Below are positions 14,134 to 26,632 of a stretch of DNA of 64,000 nt, one piece after another. How positions within the stretch are numbered: the stretch's first letter is position 1; every line of letters begins with the position of its first letter. A model generated the notes under the pieces. The model searched no databases. It worked only from the letters and a program-made list of their open reading frames with translations, and was not told where the DNA came from. The stretch is from positions 8,928,001-8,992,000 of the forward strand of contig OZ024749.1 in NCBI GenBank assembly GCA_964016885.1, read 5' to 3'. A program made the translations under genes and the position numbers. This DNA comes from Eledone cirrhosa. Lineage: Eukaryota.

Positions 14134-14409
14134 TGGATTTACCGAAAATTTATTATAATGTTCGGTTTGTTTGTAAACAAACAGCCCGAATTAAGCCGTA
14201 CAGTGTTCGAAAACCATCGTCGCCCTTTTCTTCAACACTGACAAAGGAACGATGAACTAGTTTCAAGCTTATTAGCTATCGTCAGCATCGTATACCTTCC
14301 TGTCAGATGATTGAACGTTTGAAAGTATATACTTTCCTTATGCATATTAACGGCTGAGCAGCCTAATTTGCATATCGAGTGAGTTAGTACGGCTGATACT
14401 TAAATGTAA
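14134..14409 (-). mobile_element. ~275-bp non-coding HHR element with octamer motif, flanked by ~87-bp direct repeats
   Basis: HHR at 14249-14291 and ATGCAAAT at 14366-14373 on the minus strand; direct repeats at 14047-14133 and 14410-14498; related to 38096-38427. Confidence 0.7.
14249..14291 (-). ncRNA. Type I hammerhead ribozyme
   Basis: acgatg-CTGACGA-tagctaataagctt-GAAA-ctag-TT-catcgt; perfect 6-bp stem I, extended by ctgacagga/tcctttgtcag. Confidence 0.85.
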
Positions 14410-14587
14410 GTATGTATACGTACATACATATATGTATACTGACGTACAGTAGTATGTATATATATATACATACATGGACACATATATATATGTACGTACA
14501 CATATATATAGCATTATTAAGAGTGAGAAATGAAATTTCATTTCATTCTTTTCCATTTATTTATATATGTATATATGTATATATGTA

Positions 14588-14676
<89 letters not shown>

Positions 14677-14695
14677 GTGTATATATATATATATG

Positions 14696-14786
<91 letters not shown>

Positions 14787-14803
14787 ATATATATATATAT
14801 ATA

Positions 14804-14910
<107 letters not shown>

Positions 14911-14911
14911 A

Positions 14912-15000
<89 letters not shown>

Positions 15001-15019
15001 GTGTATATATATATATATA

Positions 15020-15141
<122 letters not shown>

Positions 15142-15231
15142 CGTGTGTGTGTATGCATATATATACCTATTTCTTTCTCACTATTTCACTCTATATATAT
15201 ATACAAACACACGCACACACACACACGCACG

Positions 15232-15283
<52 letters not shown>

Positions 15284-16499
15284 GCGATGAAATACCAATG
15301 ATGGTTGGAAAATCACTGACGAGGACTATTTTTATCATATGTAACCCATGTGCAAACCACGCAGTATTCTTCTTTCTTCTCATGTTTTTATATATATATA
15401 TATATATAGATATATATATATAAAACAGAGTGCTGTAGTTTGCTTGACCCATTGTTGAATAGGAAACACAAATTTAAATAATTTTGAAAACCATACAATG
15501 CATTAGAAAGAAAATCAAAGTTGCTAAGATAACAAAGGAATCTTACCTTAGCAAGTTTGATAATCCCAAATATTATCGAGTCTAAAAACCCATTATCAAG
15601 GTAGTATACCTATCAGAGACTTAAAAGAACGTTCGAGGTTGACTTGTTTGTTTGGAAAGCAGATTTAAGTTAAATCTGCTTTCCAATCAGATCGATCTTT
15701 TAAGTATAACGGGTTTTTAGACCCGAAAACATTTAGGATTACCAAAGAAGAAGAAGAAGAAGAAGAAGAAGAAGAAGGCGTCGCCATCATTGAAACCGAT
15801 GGAGGCCCATTTCACCATTGAAAGTCATACTCAACGCCTGGTGTCATCGGTAAGGTTGCAATGGTTGGAATTCCGTCTTAGACTTGTTGTCTCGTAAACA
15901 TGGCAAGGAAGAAGTATTGTTGTGTATTTTTATAGTGTTTACATAAAACACCTGGTGACTGGATGTGGTGTGGTGTGGGGGGAGGGGGTTGTGTTGTGTG
16001 GTGTGTGTTTGTGGTGTGTGGGGCGTGGGGGTGTTGTGTGTGGGTGGGGGGGGGGGGGGGGGTATGTATGTGTTTGTGTATGTATGTGTCAATATGTATC
16101 TGGTTATGTATGTATGTGTGTGTGTGCTTGTGTATGTATGTGTCTATATGTATCTGGTTATGTATGTATGTGTGTGTGTGCTTGTGTATGTATGTGTCTA
16201 TATGTATCTGGTTATGTATGTATGTGTGTGTGTGCTTGTGTATGTATGTGTCTATATGTATCTGATTATGATGTGTATGTGTGTGTGTATGTATGTGTGT
16301 ATATGTATGTGTGTATATGTATCTGGTTATGTATCTATGTGTGTATATGTATGTATGTGTGTATATTATGTATGTGTGTATATGTATCTGGTTATGTGTG
16401 TATGTGTGTGTGCTTGTGTATGTATGTGTGTATATGTATGTATGTGTCTGCCTATATGTATATGGTTATGTATGTATGTATGTGTGTATATATACGTAT

Positions 16500-17105
16500 G
16501 GTCACCAGTTGGTGCTACTGGTAACATGTATCCCAGTACAACCTGTCACATGGTCGGGTCGTTGGCGACTAAACTGGCAACCCCACCAAGGTTTCTTGGT
16601 GAGGAGGGTGACTTTGGACATCCTGCAGGACTAAAAACAAAACCTGTCAAAGGGCAAAGGAGCTCTTAAGAATCAATGGCCATCCAAAATCACCGGGAGA
16701 GATGACCCCTTAGCCTTTGTCAAGGCAGAATTCTAGGAGAAGGAAAACTCTGATATAACACCTGCAACCCTGATGGTATCCAATAATGTTGACTTGTTCT
16801 TCTTTTTGGTAAATATCATCTTGGTTAAGAGAGTGGAACTGGCTTTGTGCAGTGCCTTTGCTCACTATAAAAGCTTCACGGCACAGGCATTGCTTTATAT
16901 CTGGAGATCTCTCTGCACTTGTCGTCACATGGTACCATGGGCCCAGCACTATGTGTCAATAATTGTCACAAGTGTACTGTTTGTACCAGAGTTTTCAAGT
17001 CGCTGGCTGGACTAAAAAGTCACACTCGTTCAGCGCATCGGTAGGAGTTCTCCTACATGGATATAAAGTAGTGGCCGTACTCGAAAACGAGTTGGCAGCC
17101 ACCAT
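16500..17105 (+). mobile_element. ~600-bp non-autonomous retroposon with RTE-type 3' tail (copy 1)
   Basis: Near-identical to 43212-43816; its 3' end tggccgtactcgaaaacgagttggcagccacca matches the RTE tail at 52222-52258. Confidence 0.85.
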
Positions 17106-17274
17106 ATATATGTATGTATGTGTCTATATGTATGTGTGTATATGTATGTATGTGTCTATATGTATCTGGTTGTGTGTGTATGTGTTGACATAGTCGTCCC
17201 CCCTCCCTCCAAGTCTTATCTCATCTCGAAACACCTGCCTAAGATGAACTTTAACCGGAACTACTTTGATGGAT

Positions 17275-17321
17275 GTTGTTATTGTGATTGTTGTTATTGT
17301 TGTCATGGTCACCATGTTATT

Positions 17322-17357
<36 letters not shown>

Positions 17358-17662
17358 GCTGCTGTTGTTGTGGCGTCCTTCTGGTTGTTATTGTTGTTGT
17401 CAGAAATATTGTTGTTGTTGTCAGAAATATTGTTGTTGTTGTTGTTGTTGTCAGAAATATTGTTGTTGTTCTTGTTGTCAGAAATATTGTTGTTGTTGTT
17501 GTTGTTGTTGTTGTCAGAAATATTGATGCTGATATCATTGTTGTTGCTGTTGTTGTTGCTGCTGCTGCTGTTATTGTTGTTGTTGTCATCATTGTTGTTG
17601 TTGTCGTCATCGTTTCTGCTGCTATCTATTTCGGCATTGTTGTTGTTGGTTGTTGTTGTTGT
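17275..17662. repeat. (GTT)n trinucleotide tract with interspersed tcagaaatat units
   Basis: Direct reading. Confidence 0.93.
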
Positions 17663-17883
17663 CCTATTCACCAACCAACACCACTGATCAGCCTATCAAT
17701 CAATAACTGAATCAATACCAATAAAATAATCAAAAATCCTTATTAAACAATGTATACAATGTTCGATCTCCGGAAACATTCTAAAACCAGAAAAAATCGA
17801 TTTCTTTAGGATTCTCATAAAATTATCTTTCGACGTTTTTTCTAAAATATCATTTTAATTCAATTTATCATAAATATGTGTAT

Positions 17884-17959
<76 letters not shown>

Positions 17960-18011
17960 TGTATATATATATATATATATATATAAAAATATATATATAT
18001 ATATATATATA

Positions 18012-18069
<58 letters not shown>

Positions 18070-18160
18070 TTGTTAAACAATATTCAATGATTATGTCAAA
18101 GAATGAGTTTTACAGTAGATTGGAAGCACTCAACGGTAAAATAATTTTCAGGAATTATTA

Positions 18161-18447
18161 ATATATAAGTATTAATAAAATAGATGTTCTTTTGATCAAT
18201 TACATTTTATTATACATATTTCGGAGGTACAACAGTACGTCCTCATCATACAAAATATAATGATACATGACATACCCTGAGATGTTAAATGGTTAAGATT
18301 TAATCAAGGTAGTTAACCATTTAACATTCCAGGGCATGTCATGTATCATTATATTTTGTCTGATGAGGACGTACTGTTGTACATCCGAAATATGTATAAT
18401 AAAATGTAATTGATCAAAAGAACATCTATTTTATTAATACTTATATA
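18161..18447. mobile_element. Palindromic PLE-type terminal repeat pair, family C; HHR at 18353-18405 (+)
   Basis: attttgt-CTGATGA-ggacgtactgttgtacatcc-GAAA-tatgta-TA-ataaaat; the minus arm core is mutated (ATGATGA); a partial copy lies at 56478-56557. Confidence 0.85.
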
Positions 18448-18588
18448 TATATATATATATACAGTATATATATATATATATACTGTACACATATATATAT
18501 ATATATATACTGTATATATATATATATATATATTGTATATATATATATTGTATATATATATATATATATATATTGTATATATATATAT

Positions 18589-18627
<39 letters not shown>

Positions 18628-18903
18628 ATGTGTGTGTATGTGAGTCAGTCTATTTGGGTTCGCTTATTGTTATACAAAATAGATAAATAGATAGTGACTA
18701 TTGAGAATATATATATACAAACCTATATATATATATATACATACGTATATATGTATATGCATATATACGTATATATGTATATGCATATATGCATATATAT
18801 GTATACATAATATATATATATATATATCAATGTATATATACATATATATATATATACACACACACACACATATATATATCAATATATATATATATATATA
18901 TGC

Positions 18904-18937
<34 letters not shown>

Positions 18938-18978
18938 AGGAGGTTATAGTTCACTTGAAGCATTGTGTAATGAGGTAT

Positions 18979-19445
18979 AAACGTTTGAATATGTGTAATA
19001 AGGCCAAGACAATGCAGGTATGGACATAGAAAAAAGAATGCAATAGTGAAAGATATTGATGTGAATTCGTCTTTCACCTTGAATTTATTTAAATGTCCTT
19101 AATTTTCGAGATAATATCTCTTCTTCGGAGGGAAGTAAAGGTCTCAAACCAGCGTCTTTAAATCTCTAGTCAAGCCATGCTGACCGGAAATAGTATAGAG
19201 TATAGATAGAGTATAGAGTATAGATACTCTATACTATTTCCGGTCAGCATGGCTTGACTAGAGATTTAAAGACGCTGGTTTGAGACCTTTACTTCCCTCC
19301 GAAGAAGAGATATTATCTCGAAAATTAAGGACATTTAAATAAATTCAAGGTGAAAGACGAATTCACATCAATATCTTTCACTATTGCATTCTTTTTTCTA
19401 TGTCCATACCTGCATTGTCTTGGCCTTATTACACATATTCAAACG

Positions 19446-19448
<3 letters not shown>
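18979..19448. mobile_element. Near-perfect ~470-bp palindrome with minimal HHR-like motifs (family D)
   Basis: Arms are reverse complements; cct-CCGAAGA-agagatattatctc-GAAA-at-TA-agg at ~19296-19331, mirrored at ~19095-19135. Confidence 0.75.
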
Positions 19449-19528
<80 letters not shown>

Positions 19529-19927
19529 CTGTATATATATGTGTGTGTGTGTATGTTTTTATATATATATATTGCGAGATTTCTTTTGACAAACATGTTT
19601 TACAATTTATTTTTTATTTCAAATATTTAGCTAAGATTTTAGAGAATGTTTATTTTAAAATAAATAACATTTGTCTTCTTTGTCTGTTCCTTAAATTGTT
19701 TTAAGTGTTATTTTTGTTTCTGATGTTTTTATTGTTGTTGTTGTTATGGTGATTTTAATAGTATTTTATTTCATAATTTCTCTCGTTCAGGGTAAGATAA
19801 GATATTTATGTCTCACCTGAGAGTGTTATTAAATAAAACACGTTTGGGCGTACATAGTCTGGAACACAGGCACACACATACACACACACATATAAATGTA
19901 TATATTTGTATATATATATATATATAT

Positions 19928-20014
<87 letters not shown>

Positions 20015-20060
20015 TATGGAATACTGTTGGCTTCTTGCTACAATACTTTCTATACCTTTC

Positions 20061-20136
<76 letters not shown>

Positions 20137-21076
20137 GCAAAAGCTCTATTTAAATTGTTGGGATACAACAAACAAATATTTTTATAACTGATATAAAGCA
20201 CTCGACAAGTATTTGGACTAGATATACGATATTAACAAATGGAAACTATATTTATAAAACCATACCAGATAGAAAAATGCGTACAGCAAAAAAAAGTGAT
20301 ATTGTTGGAATATAAACCTTTAAAAATACAGGACAAGAAACTAAAATAAAACTTTAAAAGAATAGGACAAGAAACTAAGATAAAACTTTAAAAGAATAGG
20401 ACAAGAAATAAAAAATTTTCGGAGGTGCAGTGGACAGGGGAGAGGATGGGTAGGTGTGAAAGGTGGAGTGACGAGGGGGTGTATTAGTAGAGGTGTTAGT
20501 GGGATGTGTGTGTGTGTGTGTGTGAGAGAGAAGGGGTGTGGGGAGCGGGGAGAGGAAGGGGGAGAGAAAGGTGTGGGGGCCGGTGGAGGGAGTGTAGTGT
20601 ACTGGCGTGTGTGTGCGTGTTTGGATGAGTGTGTGTGTGGTGAAGGAGGTGTTAGTAGGTGTTAGTATACTGGTGGTGGGGAAAGGGTTGAATGCGGGTG
20701 TTAGTGGGGGTTAGTGGTGGTAGGGTGTGTAGAGTGGGGGTGTAAGTGGGTGTGTGTTCGTGTGTTTGGGGTCGGGGGGATGTTAGTGGTATTAGTTGTG
20801 GGGTGGTGTGAGTGGATGTGTGGGTGAGGGTTAGTGGTGGTAGTAGGGTGTGTGGTTAGTGTGAGTGCGTATATATATGTACCGGTGGGTGTGTGCGTGA
20901 TAAGAGGAGGGGGGAGAAAGGATGTTAGTATTGTTAGTTGGGGAAGGGTGGTCGGGTGTAGGGTGGGGGTGTTAGTATTGTTAGTTGTAGGGTGGACGGT
21001 GAAAAGGAGGAGTGTGTTAGTGGTGTTAGTGGGGGATATGTGTGAGTGGGGGGGAGGAAGACAGGGCGGTCGAAGG

Positions 21077-23804
21077 CTAAAGGAATAGGGGTGGGAAGTT
21101 CAGGCCGGGGGGAGTGTGGGTCTGTAGGGTGAAGATGGTGCGTTGTTCGACCCTGAGGAGGGTGGCGAGTGTTCCGTGGCATTGGAGTAGGCCACAGACT
21201 GTGAGGTGGTGCGCGGAATGTCCAGGGGAGCCAAAGTGGCGGGCGATGGGGGAACTACCGCCGAGACGAATATCTCGGAGGTGTTCGGTAAAACGGTCCG
21301 CCAGGCGATGTCCAGTCTGTCCGACGTAGGTTGCGCTGCACGCCGTGCAGCGAAGTCCATAGACTAGGTTGGAGGAGGTGCAGCGGAAGGCATGCCGGAC
21401 AGAGAGAGAGTGGCCGTTGGGACCCTGGAAAGTGGTGGTGTTGGTGATGTGGGGACAGGTGTTGAAACGAGGCCTGGAACAGGGAAGGGAGCCGGGAGGG
21501 AAAGAGAGCGTGGGTTGGGGGGTAGGGAGCTGCGGACGAGGAGGGTGCGGAGATTGCGTGCGCGTTTGAAGGAGGGAAGATGTGGGAGGTGGAGGAGTCG
21601 GACTGGAGGCGTCGGAAGGGGCTGAGGATGGTGCGGTGGAGGTGTAGGGTGGAGGGGTGGTAGGTGATGGGGAAGGGGAGACGGTAGGCGGGTGTGCGGT
21701 GGCGTGGGGTGAGGGTGGTGGAGCGGTGGACAGCACGGGCGCGAGTGAGAGCGGTGTGGACGAGAGGGGGGGGGTAACCTCTGCGGATGAAATGGCTAAC
21801 TAGGGAAAGGGCCTGGGACTCAAAGTCAGCATCTCGGCTCCAGAGGCGGCGGTTCTTGAGGAGTTGGGAGTAGGGAATAGAGTGTTTAGTGTGTGTAGGG
21901 TGGGAAGAGGTGAAGTCGAGGTAGCAGTGGGAGTCGGTGGGTTTGAAGAAGGCGGAGGTGACGAGGGAGTGGTGGGAGGGGTCGAAGGCGACGGAGATGT
22001 CTAAGAAGTGGACGTGGGTGGTGGAGATATAGGTGGTGAAGTGGAGGGAGGGGTGGAAGGAGCAGAAGAAGGAGAGAAAGGAGTCGAGCTGTTCTCGGGT
22101 GAGGGTCGTGGCTTCGATACAGTCGTCGATGTAACCACCGTAGAGTTCGGGCGTGGGGCCGGTGTACTGGGCAAAGATTTGGGCCTCAACATGGCCAACA
22201 AAAAGGTTGGCATAGTTCGGGCCCATTCTTGTACCCATGGCTACCCCCATGTTGGTAAAACTCACCCGAGAAGGAGAAACAGTTGAGGGTGAGGACCAAC
22301 TCGGCGTGGCGAAGGAGGGTGGGTGGAGGGGATGGGGGAGGGGGGTGGGCGAAGGTCGAGGTAGTACTTGAGGGCACGTAGGCCGTCGGCGTGGGGTATG
22401 ACTGTATAGAGCGACTTGATATCTAGGGTGAAGAGGAAGGGCTGTGGGCCGGGTGGGAAGGTGAAGGAGTCGAATAGGGAAAGGGCGTGGTTGGTGTCGG
22501 GGATGTGGGAGGGGAGGGTGGTGACGATGGGGGGCGAGGATGGAGTCAAGAAAGGCAGAGATGAGTTCGGTGAGGCAGTTGCAAGCGGAGACGATGGGGC
22601 GGCCGGGGTTGTCGAGTTTGTGGAGTTTGAGGAGGAAGTAGATAGTGGGGGTGGGGGGGACGATGAGGTGGGAAGCGGTGGGGGGAGAGGGAGGAGGAGA
22701 CAAGGTGTTGGATGGTGGAAGAAACTTGTTGTTGGTAGAGGGGTGTGGGATCGGAGGGTGTCACGGAGCTGCCTGAGGGCTTCAGCCGTGTAGAGGTCAG
22801 CGCGCCACACCACCACGGCGCCTCCCTTGTCCGCCGGTTTGATGACGATGTCATCTCGGCTACGGAGGGAGCGGAGAGCGAGTAGTTCGCCCCGTGAGAT
22901 GTTATTCCGTTGGGACCGGTGGTGGAAGTCGAAGCGATTTACTGCGCTACGGCTGGCATCGACGAACGCGTCCAGGGTGCTAAATTGCCCTGGGGCCGGC
23001 GTCCAAGATGATGGTCGTCGGCCCAGGGCGAGAAACGGGTCTGGGGCGTTCGGAGCCGGTGGCTTTTGACCGAAATGTGCCTGTAGCTTCGTGCGTCGCA
23101 CGAATCGCTCGACTTCCGTTCGGGTACGGAACTCGTCGCTGTGCGGAGTGTGGGGTATGAAGCGAGGGCCTCTACTGAGGAGTGAGCGCTCAGGTGCGGA
23201 GAGGGGAGGTCAGGGGGTATGGTGACAACAAGTGGTGGGGTTTGGGTGTGTGGGGGAGGAGGGGAGGGTGTGGTGAGAGGTGAGGTGGAGGGTGGAGATT
23301 CGGTAGGGGTGTGGGGTGAGGGAGGGGTGTGGAGTCATAGGAAGGGGGATTGAGGGGGGGGGGGGGGGGGGGGGGTAGCTTAAGGGCTTTGGTGGAGGTG
23401 AGGAAGAAGAAGAGGTCGTGGTTGAGGTTTTGGATGAAGAGGATGGCGTGGGCGAGGAGAGGGTGGCAGGCGGAGTTAAGGCGGAGGAGGGTGGGGGTCA
23501 GTTGGTAGTCAAGTTTGCGGATGGTGGAGAGGGAGGCGCGGAGGGAGTTGCCCATTAGGAGGCGCGAGGATCCGGTGAGGATACGTTGGGTGGAGGGGTG
23601 GAAGTGTAGACGGAAGCCGAGGAGGATAAGGTGGAGGTGGAGGCAATGGCTGAGGAAATGGATGTGGCTGGAGTGTCGGGTTTTGGCGAAGAGAAGGTAG
23701 GAGAGTTGAAGGGCCGAGGGGAGATAGCATGATGGGAGGAGGGGGGTGAAAAAAAGTTTGAGGCTGGTGTGGAGTTGGTGGTGAAAGGATCTCAGGCTGG
23801 GCAT
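21077..23804 (-). pseudogene. PLE polyprotein, multiply frameshifted
   Basis: IVIKPADKGGAVVV, NPGRPIVSAC, FTLDIKSLYTVIPH, GVAMGTRMGPNYANLFVG, YIDD, FLDI, KPTDSHCYL..TSSHP...SIPYSQ; GIY-YIG domain CTSSNLVYGLRC..C...YVGQTG..L..RF.EH. Confidence 0.92.
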
Positions 23805-24235
23805 GGTGGGCGTGGAGTGAAAGCAGGGGGAGGAATGAGAAGGAAGGTGTGTGAAGTGGGGGGGACGAAGGGGTGAGTGCGAAAGATAGGAAGAGACGGG
23901 GAAGGGAAAATCAAACCGAAATAACGTAAGGAGAGGAGAGTATACACAGGAAATCATGGACAAAAAATCATAGACAGAAATAAACAAGTACAGTAAATAC
24001 ATCAATCCAAAATAATGCAAAGAAAGGAAAAAACAAGTTGTGGAAAGGTGTGGGGGAAAATTCAGAGAGGGGTCACGGCGGATTAGATCGGGTTGAGCCG
24101 GTAGTCAAGGTAGTATTCCAAGGTGGTATGGAAGCCGTGGGAGCGTGTATTGTAAAATTGAAAGGGAACAAAACAGAGAGGCAGTACGAACAAAGGTTTA
24201 TTAGTTTCACGCTCTTGAGAGTGGGGTGGTGGTGG

Positions 24236-24273
24236 GGAACGACGTTTCGGGCATAAGCCCTTCTTCAGGCGAA
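24236..24273 (-). ncRNA. Minimal hammerhead motif of the GC-rich PLE
   Basis: CTGAAGA-agggcttatgccc-GAAA-cg-TC; stem I is weak. Confidence 0.7.
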
Positions 24274-24855
24274 AAGTGTGGGAAGAGAGTTCCAAGGGTG
24301 TGTTGGGGAGTGGGGGAGAGACATTTAGAAAAAGGGGGGTGAGTGGAAACGGTACAAATGAAAATAAATATGAAAGCATAATAAAAATAAAAATAAACAT
24401 GAAGTTAAACAAGTGGTGGAAGGGTGTGGGGCGTGTAGGGGTGGTGGCGGGTGGAGTGGGGAGAGGGAGACGGGGTGTCCGAGCGTGGAGGGCTGAAGGT
24501 GGTGTGTGTGTGTAGATGTATGTGAATGTGAGAGTTGGGTGAATGTGAGAGTTGGGGGAAGAACGGGGTTGCATGTTCAGGAAAAGGTGTGAGGGGTGGG
24601 TTGTAGGTCGGTGTGTGTGTGTGTGCGTGTCTGGATGGGGAGGGGTCAGATGGGGGGGGGGACAATTAGGTGGGAATAGGTGGGGGTGGGGGGAGGAGGG
24701 AGGAGGAGACAAGATGTATATATTAGAAAGTAAGGTTTTTTTACAAAATGAAAAATAACAGAGGTGTCCTACACGAGTGAAAGTATAAAGAAAAAAGATG
24801 AAATCGAAAATGCAACTGGAGTCTTATTTTTAAAAAAATATATATATTTATTTGG

Positions 24856-24897
24856 TTCCTTTACCGGTTTCGCAGTTCTTCTGCTTTTCAAAAGTAG
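24856..24897 (-). ncRNA. Hammerhead-like motif with U3-A8 core variant
   Basis: ctt-TTGAAAA-gcagaagaactgc-GAAA-ccgg-TA-aag; identical motif at 33259-33300 (+). Confidence 0.65.
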
Positions 24898-24924
24898 AGT
24901 TGAGATGGAGGGTCTGTGGTTTTT

Positions 24925-26632
24925 CTCTCTCCACTCGTCACAGTCCTTCGTTATCTCCACCGTGAGCTTCAACGATCTGAGGTCTGTTCTCACCACCTCC
25001 GCCCATGTTTTTCGTGGTCTACCTCTACCACGTCTTCCTTCAACTGGCATTTCCTGGCACTTCTTCACCCATCGGTCATCCTCCATGCGCATCACATGTC
25101 CATACCACCTCAGTCTCCTCTCCTGTACACTACATTCTATCCCTCTCAGACACAGTTTCTCTCTCAACACATCCATGCTGGGTCGTTCACGTACATTTAC
25201 ACTGCACATCCAACGGAGCATGCTTGCCTCATTTCTCTCCAGCCATCGCATATCCTCTGCAGTTACTGCTCATGCCTCACTACCATGCAGCAGCATCGCG
25301 CTCCTCACACAGGCATCATACAACCAGCATTTCGTACGTAGGGAAAAACCCTTCTTCATCAGCAGAGGAAGCAGCTCCCTAAACTTCTTCCAACCCGTCC
25401 TTATTCTAGATACTATGGCCTCGGAACACCCTCCTCCCATGCTAATCTGATCTCCTAGGTACCGGAAGCTATCCACCACTTCTATAGCACCCTCCTGCAT
25501 TTGAAAAATGTGTCTATCAATGCGACTTCTACTATCTAATTTCCCTGTACATCTACTGCATACATATTTCTCCCTACCTGTTAGTTTGCCTGCTATCCCG
25601 CTACATCTCTTGTGTACACAGGATCTGCATTGTGTGCATTTTATAGAATTTATGCCAGTTCCTTTTCTGCATATCGAACATGGCCATTTCCCTGATGGAA
25701 TCAGAGTTTTGTCCTCTTTTCTACTCATCAACACTTTTGTCTTAGCTAAGTTCACTCTTAGTCCTCTTGCTTGCAACTGCTGTTTCCATAGCCAGAATTT
25801 ATTCTCTAGCTCCTCTACTGATTCTGCTATAAGAACCAGATTGTCAGCATAGAGAAGTTCCCATGGACAGCCAGTCTTAAATTCTTCTGTTATGGCTTGG
25901 AGGACTAAAATGAACAAGAGCGGGCTGAGGACCGAACCTTGATGTACTCCTATTTGTATCTGGAATTCCTCACTAAACTCCATTCCTACCCTGACTTTAC
26001 TGAGAGTACCTCTGTACAAAGTTTGCACTGTCCTCACAAGCCATTCCTCAACACCTAGTCTCCTTAGGGATCATCAGATGACAAATCGCCTTCTCTAGGT
26101 CAACAAAGGCTAAGTATAGTGGCTTATTTTTCTCTAAGAACCTCTCTTGCAATTATCTCACCAAAAAGAAGGCATCTGTTGTACTCTTCCCAGGCACAAA
26201 ACAAAACTGCATCTCATCTAGTGTGACCCTTTCTCTAATTACTTGTGCTAATATCCTTTCTGCCACTTTCATAACCTGATCCATCAGTTTTATACCCCTA
26301 TAAATGCTCCTCTCCAGAGCATCCCCTTTACCTTTGTAGCAATTTATGAGAATACTGCTGCACCAGTCTTTGGGTATGACACCACCATATATAGCCTGAT
26401 TGATGATACGTGCAACCAGTTTAGTGCCTAAGTCCCCTGATGCCTTCAGTATCTCAGCAACTATTCCCGATGGTCCAGCAGCCTTACCATTTTTCATTTC
26501 CTTAATCGCCTCTTGGACCCTATATCCGTCAATCTCAATAGCTGGTCCCTCTGTCGGATCTACTAAGGGTAATTTCTCTCTCTCCCATTCGTTCTCCACA
26601 TTCAACAGTCTCTCATAATGACATTCCATATA
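24925..26632 (-). pseudogene. RTE-clade LINE, 5'-truncated and disrupted RT region
   Basis: KAAGPSG, YKGKGDALERSIYRGIKLM, GKSTTDA, GVHQGSVLSPLLF, ELLYADN (DD->DN), RLRWYGHVMRM, GRGRPRKTW; split over three frames. Confidence 0.93.

Larger units (their letters stand above)
20420..24715 (-). mobile_element. GC-rich Penelope-like retroelement (RT + C-terminal GIY-YIG) with upstream HHR
   Basis: Coding fragments 23804->21077 lie between C-rich UTRs, with an HHR core at ~24240-24269. Confidence 0.9.

Noticed and set aside
15313-15340. ctgacgaggact hammerhead half-core
   Set aside because: No closing stem II or GAAA found downstream.
17266-17710. Poly-Leu/Val/Cys/Asn ORFs
   Set aside because: (GTT)n microsatellite.
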